NCBI GenBank assembly: GCA_013265495.1
Contig: MU058714.1
Span: 248,001-312,000 of the forward strand
Length of the DNA: 64,000 bases
Reading direction: 5' to 3'
DNA from: Vicugna vicugna
Lineage: Eukaryota
A model generated the notes under the pieces. That model was not told where the DNA came from and did not search any database. It saw nothing but the letters and a program-made list of their open reading frames with translations. The translations under genes and the position numbers were made by a program. Within the stretch, counting starts at the first letter, position 1, and each line of letters begins with the position of its first letter. Below, piece after piece: positions 57,901 to 64,000 of the stretch.

Positions 57901-59199
57901 AACCATCAGCAGGCAGGCCCCAGCCTCCAAGGGCAGGGGTGGCCGCCTCCCATGACACAGGAGGGCGCCACCGGTGGGGGGTCTCCGGGAGAGAGGGGAG
58001 GAGCCCTCCTCCGCACAGCACCACTGGGTCACAGTGGCCCTTGGGGAAGGAATCACCAGCTTTGGGCCACGGTCTCTCTCCCAGGGAGCACCATCAAGGT
58101 CATGAAGGTTGCGGCCCCTACTGGTGGCACACCTGAGAGGCCCAGGCCTGTCTGCGTGTGGCTTCTGGTGGCCTCCCGCTGCCCCCCAGACATCTGTCCC
58201 AGGCTGGATGGCTCAGGCCCCCCAAGCGGCATAAGGATGAAGCACCCACCCCAGCCTCCAAGCCAGGGGTCCATGCAGACCACCTCCCAAGACGGCGGAC
58301 ACAGCCACAGCCTGCATCCTGGACGCTGCTTGGGAACGGCCATCACCACGTCCCCAGGTCAAATTCTTCTGCGTTCAGGTCCTTCCTGTTCTTCACTTAG
58401 CAGCTCCAGAAGCAAACAATGTGCCGGCCGCCCCACATCACCCCACAAAGGCCACCAATCGGCAGCTGGGAGACTCGTCCCAATTCCACTTGGCCAGTCA
58501 TCACTGTGGCGGTTCAGGAAGTGGACCCCGACCCCCAGGGCTCCTCCATCAGAGGGCACAGCCCACGGCTGAGGGCCCCCCTCCCGTGCCCATTCCCCAG
58601 CAGGGCACCGGGACTCCCTGAGGCAGCACAGCCCAGGGGGCAGGGCGGCCAAAGACAGAGAGAGCAATTCCTGTCTTTACAAGATGAAGGAGAAGCAAGG
58701 AGACGGGTCGGGCGGGAGCCCACGGCAGTGGCCCCAACCTGCCGATCTCATCCATGTGCGCTTCCATTTGCGCATCAGGAATCACTACATGCCCACTGTG
58801 TGCACGGAGACAGGGGTACTCGCTCATGCTGGGTTATGAATGAGAACAGGGCAGCACTGAGAACCTGGGACGCTGAACCTACGGGGACAATGTCCAGTAT
58901 GTCCCTGTCCCCCGAGGAAGCCCAGCACCAGGCTGGGCAGCTCGGTGCTTCCGCTGCCCAGGGTACGTGGGTCAGATCCACCCGGTTCCCGGGCCAAGGA
59001 GGCCTCTGGGCCAGGTCCTGCATGGCGACAAGGACCCCCTAAGCAAGAAAAGCAGCAAATAAACTGTCATGTGCTCCCCTGTGTTTCCTCAAGGAGTGGC
59101 CCGTCAGGACCCCTCTCCACTGCGGATCCTGGTTTGCCAGTAAACGCTGCACCGAGGAGCAAGCCGGCCCTGTCTCCCTAAGCTGCATGTGCACCTGAC

Positions 59200-59960
59200 T
59201 CAGCAGGGGAGCCCTGGGCTTCCGAGTGGCTGGGATGACAACTTTAAAAACACGTAGCAACACCGCAGGAGCAAGGCACACACGCAGTCCCCAGATCTTG
59301 GCCTCTAATATCATCCTCCAATAACAGGAACCAGGGCTCCTTGAGAAACACCTGATTCTAGGACCAATGCACAAGCTGAGCCTGGAGTGCCCTGCGCCCA
59401 AATGGCAACTGTGTCCGAGGGGCACAAGAGCCCAGTGAAAGGGCTCCCAGTGCCCAGCGCTGGAGCAATTCGAGCAAAAAAAATAAAGTAGTAGTGGATT
59501 ATAACCCAAAGCATAAACTGAATATCATGAGTTCACACTGGTGTGAATGGCTGCATAAATTAAGAATGAGGAAGAATAAACAAACGTACGGAGACCCTCC
59601 CAGGGAGGTGAAGCTGACTCCTCGCTCCTTAAGTGTGGGTGGCACTTAGGGACTTTCCTTCCAGAGAGCAGAGGATGAAACAGGAGGGCAGGAAAGAGTA
59701 ACTTCGTGGTGGAGAAAACAGCAGACACCCTGCTGGCCAGGTGGTCAAGGTCAACACCCGCACGGTTGAGTCATGTACTGGCTGGGGTCACCAGCCAGTC
59801 ACGTAGACAGTACATACGCTTCGCGTGACCTCTGTGCCTTTCCTCTCAAGGACCCATAACCCCGGTAATGAAGAGGAAAACATTGTATAATCCCAGCTGA
59901 GGGGCCTTCTAACCTGGGCAGGCGTTGTGCCAAGCTCTAGGGACGTAAGAACGCACCAAC
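59200..59960 (+). mobile_element. L1MD-like 3'UTR fragment
   Basis: cccagatcttggcctctaata...ggaaccagggctccttg; ggattataacccaaag; ctccttaagtgtggg; ccaggtggtcaaggtcaaca. Confidence 0.8.
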
Positions 59961-60235
59961 GGCTGGCCCTGCCTGCAGGGAGCTTCCAGCTTGCTGTCTG
60001 CCTGGAGGACGGCCGGCACGCAAAAAGGTGGGGGAAGTTACGAGTGACAAACATAAAGGATGAAAGTCTATGAAAAGTATATTTCAGAAGTATGTATTTC
60101 TGAAAATATACACTGCAAATTACATAAAGAACTGATAAAGCCCTCAGATTCGATGATCACTTTGACCACTGGATCAATGGTCAGAGATGATGCAGCATCT
60201 GCACATGGGGAACTAGAGATAAGAAATCGTGACGT

Positions 60236-60385
60236 GGGGGAGGGCATAGCTCAGTGGTAGAGCGCGTGCTTAGCGTGCACAAGGTCCTGGGTTCAATCCC
60301 CTGTACCTCCCCTAAAAAAAAAAAAGTAACTAAATAAATAAACCTACTTACCTCCCTCCCCAAAGGGAAAAAAATTTAATAAATT
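60236..60385 (+). mobile_element. tRNA-Ala-derived SINE (vic-1-like)
   Basis: gggggagggcatagctcagtggtagagcgcgtgcttagcgtgcacaaggtcctgggttcaatcccctgtacctcc...aaataaacctacttacctccc. Confidence 0.92.
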
Positions 60386-60389
60386 TTAT

Positions 60390-60740
60390 TTTTAACTCTC
60401 CCAGCCTCTCTGGGTTACTACATTAAGACATTACACATCTACTAAGTCACCCAAAGGAAATAAAAAAAGTAAACCCAATGAAGCTAGTGAGGCAGAGGGG
60501 GTACCAGCAACTAACCACTCCACGCATTCCTGACAGCAATCTGGTTGTAAGAATCAAGCAACCTTTAATCTTTCGTCCAATAACTCCTCTCTAGGGATTT
60601 TACTCCCAAGGAAATAATATGAATGGGAAAGAAAAGAGAAAAGTCAGCGATACCAAGGCAGTCACAGCAGCACTACTTTTTAAAGAGAAAATCAGCATCC
60701 CCAAGGAAGAGCCTAAATGGCTGGTAGACCAGTGGCATCC
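60390..60740 (+). mobile_element. Ancient L1 fragment
   Basis: taactcctctctagggattttactcccaaggaaataat; cacagcagcactacttttt. Confidence 0.5.
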
Positions 60741-60759
60741 AAAACCGCTTCCAAGCGGG

Positions 60760-60915
60760 GGGTCTGGAGCCAGCGCGCCGCGTTCAGGACTCAGCAATGC
60801 CTCTTGCCGAGGGACCTTTAACCTCTCTGCTTAGTTTCCTCACCTGCGAAGTGAGGCCGTTACCAACTCCTGCCTCGTAGCTTGAATGAGATCACAGATG
60901 AAGTCCAGCGCTCGG
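60760..60915 (+). mobile_element. MIR fragment
   Basis: tctggagccag...tttaacctctctgcttagtttcctcacctgcgaagtgagg. Confidence 0.7.
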
Positions 60916-61429
60916 TCTGTGGAGACGCCCTGTTGCTGCTACCTGTGGTCAGCTGCATACTCTTTCTGTTGACGGACTCCAGGAGACCAGGGAATAAAAA
61001 GGAAATCAGCAGAGGGTGAGCTCCCTGTGACAAAATGTGAGCGAGGTATGGAGCCAAGAAACGGGAGGCGGGCTACCCCAAGCCTGGCTCAGATGTCCCT
61101 GAGAGTGGGAAGCGGGCCTTCTGAGCCACCTCCAGGCCAGACCAGGCAGGCAGGTGAGGGTGAGCAGGACAGGGAGCCGCCGCATCTCTGATGGGGACCA
61201 GCAGGAGGAAGTGCAGAGTGAGAACAGGACAGCGACCCCTCCCTCACCTGCACCCCACACCCACCCACACCAGCGCACCCCAGGTCTGTGCCCCGCCGCG
61301 CCTGGCCCTGGCCTCGGCCCTGGACCTCTGCGTCAGCCCCTCACTCACCTCCCGACCACACGCAGCAGCCAGCATGCCATGTCACCCCCCTGCTTAAACC
61401 CAGCAGTGCCTCCCAGAGCCATCATCCAA

Positions 61430-61885
61430 TTATCGCCTCGGATTAGGTCCTGCTGAGTGTGACAGAAAACCCAGTAGCAAAAGTGGGAGTGAGACAGAGT
61501 GTGCAACTCTCCCTGCGAGGCTGAGCCATTCAAGACTGGCTGCCCAAGACAGCCGGGGGGACCAGGCTCCTTCTGTGGACCCTTCCCCGGGGAGGCCCAC
61601 ATCACCAGGGCCCCAGGCAGCCTCTGAGCTTGAGGCATCAGAGGGAGGAAGAAGCCGAAGAGGGGCAAAGCTAGCGCTGGGAGGAGACTGGGGTGTCACA
61701 TGACATTTTTCTTTCAGCTCATTGGCCAGGACATGGTCACATGGCCACACCATGCTGCAAGGAATGCTGGGAAATGTAGTCTTTGTTCTTGGAGGCCATC
61801 TTATTGTGGAAGAATGGAAGAATAGATATTAGAAGGTGCTAGAACAGATATCAGAAGGCAGCTAGCATAAAACCCAGACTCTGCC
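61430..61885 (-). mobile_element. MLT1J-like LTR
   Basis: ctcattggccaggacatggtcacatggccacacc...gctgcaaggaatgctgggaaatgtagtctt. Confidence 0.8.
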
Positions 61886-62389
61886 AGGCCCGCCTCCCAG
61901 CCTCAAGCCTGAGCTCCCCCCTCCTCCACCTCGTCACCCTCACTGGCTGTCCCTACCTGGAAGGCTCTCCTGCCCAGGCTTCTCCCAGCCAAACCCGTCC
62001 TGTAGGTCTGGTGTGATGTCGGGTCCTCAGAAGCGCCTTCGGGTGCACCCCAGCACCATGTGACTGTGGTCCCCGCTGCTCTCCGCTAAGGCACCTCACT
62101 TCCCCCGGGCATGCTCCACGTTTGATGGCTGCCCACACCGGCTGGTCCACCAGCTGGAGCTCCTCTGGTTCTCGGCTGGCACACCACAGCCCCCACGCGC
62201 CCTGCTTGTAGAAGTCCACGCGGGGACCGTCTCTGCTCTCAGACTGCAGTGTCCTGAGACTCACGAGGGGCGGGGCTATGCGTGGACCCCTGCTGCCGCC
62301 CGACCCAGTGTGGCTCCACGGACTGAGGGAAGGCCCGAGAATCTGCACCCTGGCATCCCGGGTCCCAGAAACACTGCCTCACCCCAGAG

Positions 62390-63305
62390 GAGGCTGCTGA
62401 TGGCCTCTGTGACGCTGGGGGCGATGAGTTCCTCCCGCCAGCCAAGCACAAGTCCTGGGCAGAACCTCCTTCAGCAGGTCTACAGCTGAAGAAGATTTAA
62501 GCGGGACATTCCCACCGTTTGACACCTGCCCTCAGATTTCTCACGGGCACCTCCAATGAATGGTGTCCAAAATAGAACGCTCTGCCCTCGACCTGCCCTC
62601 TGACCTCTGACCGCCCAGTGGGATATACACAAGGCACTGCACCCAGCCGTCCGGGCGGGAACCCAAAGCATCTCCCATGGCTACCCCCTTTCTCTCTCTC
62701 CAACATGCGATCTGGAAGCAAATCCCTCCAACAAACCTCCAAACTCCCTCCGCACCTGTCACTCCATCAGCCACCACCCTGATTCAGACACCAACAGTCC
62801 CCTCTCTGCGGAACACACAACCTCCCTTCCTTCCTCAGGGCCACTCGTCCTGCAAATGGAGAGGCGTGTGTGTGCGTGCATGTGTTCGTAATGTTAGATC
62901 AGTTTATGTCCCTCCCTTGCGTAAATCCATCCCAGGACTTCCTCTTGCGCTGCAAAAGAATGCCAGATTCCGCAGCACAACCCCAGACCCCAGGACTTGG
63001 CCCTGCTGGCCTCCTGTCTGCCCCTGACCCACCCCCCTGGCTGGTGACCCCAGAATTACTCCGTCAGTCATCCTCGCACCGGGCCCTGGCCCAGCGCCGC
63101 CACCCCCCGCCAGACAGATGCTGTGTCTCATCTCCCTGCTTAATTTCCTTCTGCTGACTCTATTTTGCTGTTTTACTTGCTTATTTATTTTATGTTGTGT
63201 GTCCCCAGCCATAATAACGGAAGCCAGGAACACCGTCTGCCTTGTCCACTGCTGCGTCTCCAGAACTCGGAACGGTGCCTGGCCGCCACAACGTGCTTCA
63301 TAGGT
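62390..63305 (+). mobile_element. L2 3' region
   Basis: gcacctccaatgaatggtgtccaaaatagaac; gtctgccttgtccactgctgcgtctccagaactcggaacggtgcctggc. Confidence 0.7.
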
Positions 63306-64000
63306 GGGGGGTGGGGGGCACAGAGACAGAGACACAGAGGGCAAGTGAGTGAGTGAGGCAGAACACTGCACACTGACTCAGGATCCCTCTCCCGCACCCC
63401 GCTCTCCTCATGAGCAGAAGGTAAGAAGGGAGGTCCCCATTCTGAGCACTTTGTTGACAAAATCCAACAGTGAGGTCGCCCACACCTGTGCATCCCTCTG
63501 AGGCTCCCTGGGGCTTGAGGAGGGGGCCTAGTAGGGGCTAATCTGGCCATGAGGTTGGAGTTCTGCCCACCCCATCCCAGGATCCCTTCTACACAGGCAG
63601 GGAGGGGAAAAGGCATGCCCCAAGTTTGGGGCTCCCCATGGGCAAGGCCAGCATCATGGACCCTGGACCCTGAGCAGCCCACCCCCCAGTCCTGGCCCAC
63701 ATACACCAAAGACCTCCCCAAATTATGGCCGGGAGGAGAGGCCCCCATCAGGGTGCTCTGGGGGCAGAGTGAACAGGGCACAGGGACTGAGAGTTGCTAC
63801 GAGAGCTGGGGTGGGGACACAGGCTTTCCTGATGGAGGCGTCTGTCCTGCTCTCCTGGTCCCCGTCCTCCCTATAAAGATACTTGTGCACGCAGAGGGCG
63901 GGGAATGGAGCCCAGAGGGCTCCGCTGGCAATAAAAGCAGGTGCCTTGAGGGCCAGGCTTGGGGTGGCACGGACCCAGAGGCGGGAGTCCCTCTGAAGCG

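Noticed and set aside
60236..60312. tRNA-Ala gene (also at 30205 and 45607)
   Set aside because: Each has an extra 5' leader, stem mutations and a shared SINE tail with an A-rich end, one has a clear TSD, and none has an oligo-T terminator directly after the tRNA part
61820..61864. Imperfect 22-bp tandem duplication
   Set aside because: An old slippage event inside an MLT1 LTR with no functional implication
42..63781. Hundreds of 60-300 aa ORFs in the ORF track
   Set aside because: They are Pro/Gly/Arg/Ser-rich, overlap in all frames and show no recognisable domains; this is expected from stop-codon scarcity in GC-rich mammalian DNA
63868..63880. TATA-like CTATAAAG (also at 35571 and 57113)
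   Set aside because: Isolated short matches with no other promoter evidence
1..64000. Naming a host gene
   Set aside because: No recognisable coding exon is present; any gene symbol would be a guess without a synteny search

Overview
This is vertebrate (mammalian) non-coding DNA from a GC-rich isochore, not a prokaryotic window. Three copies of a tRNA-Ala(AGC)-derived SINE with an AAATAAA...CCTAATTACCTCCCC-type tail match my recollection of the camelid vic-1 family, and three younger L1 3' ends share one artiodactyl-type 3'UTR, so the source is probably a camelid (inference). I recognise no host protein-coding exon; the only identifiable protein sequence is broken L1 ORF2 at 33.1-34.4 kb. 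Much of the window is old interspersed repeat (L1M, HAL1, L2, MIR, MLT1, LTR16, MER58); subfamily names come from recalled consensus sequences, not a search, and boundaries are approximate. There are two N-gaps (8035-8165, 17417-17872), the second inside a probable CpG island. Between the repeats lie several AT-rich, motif-dense islands that look like enhancers, plus a strong CTCF motif. The most notable items are an 18/21-bp minisatellite packed with MRE/E-box/CACCC motifs, a perfect 125-bp tandem duplication, an L1 strand bias with candidate minus-strand exons, and GC/CpG gain in ancient L1s. I found no convincing novel biological system.
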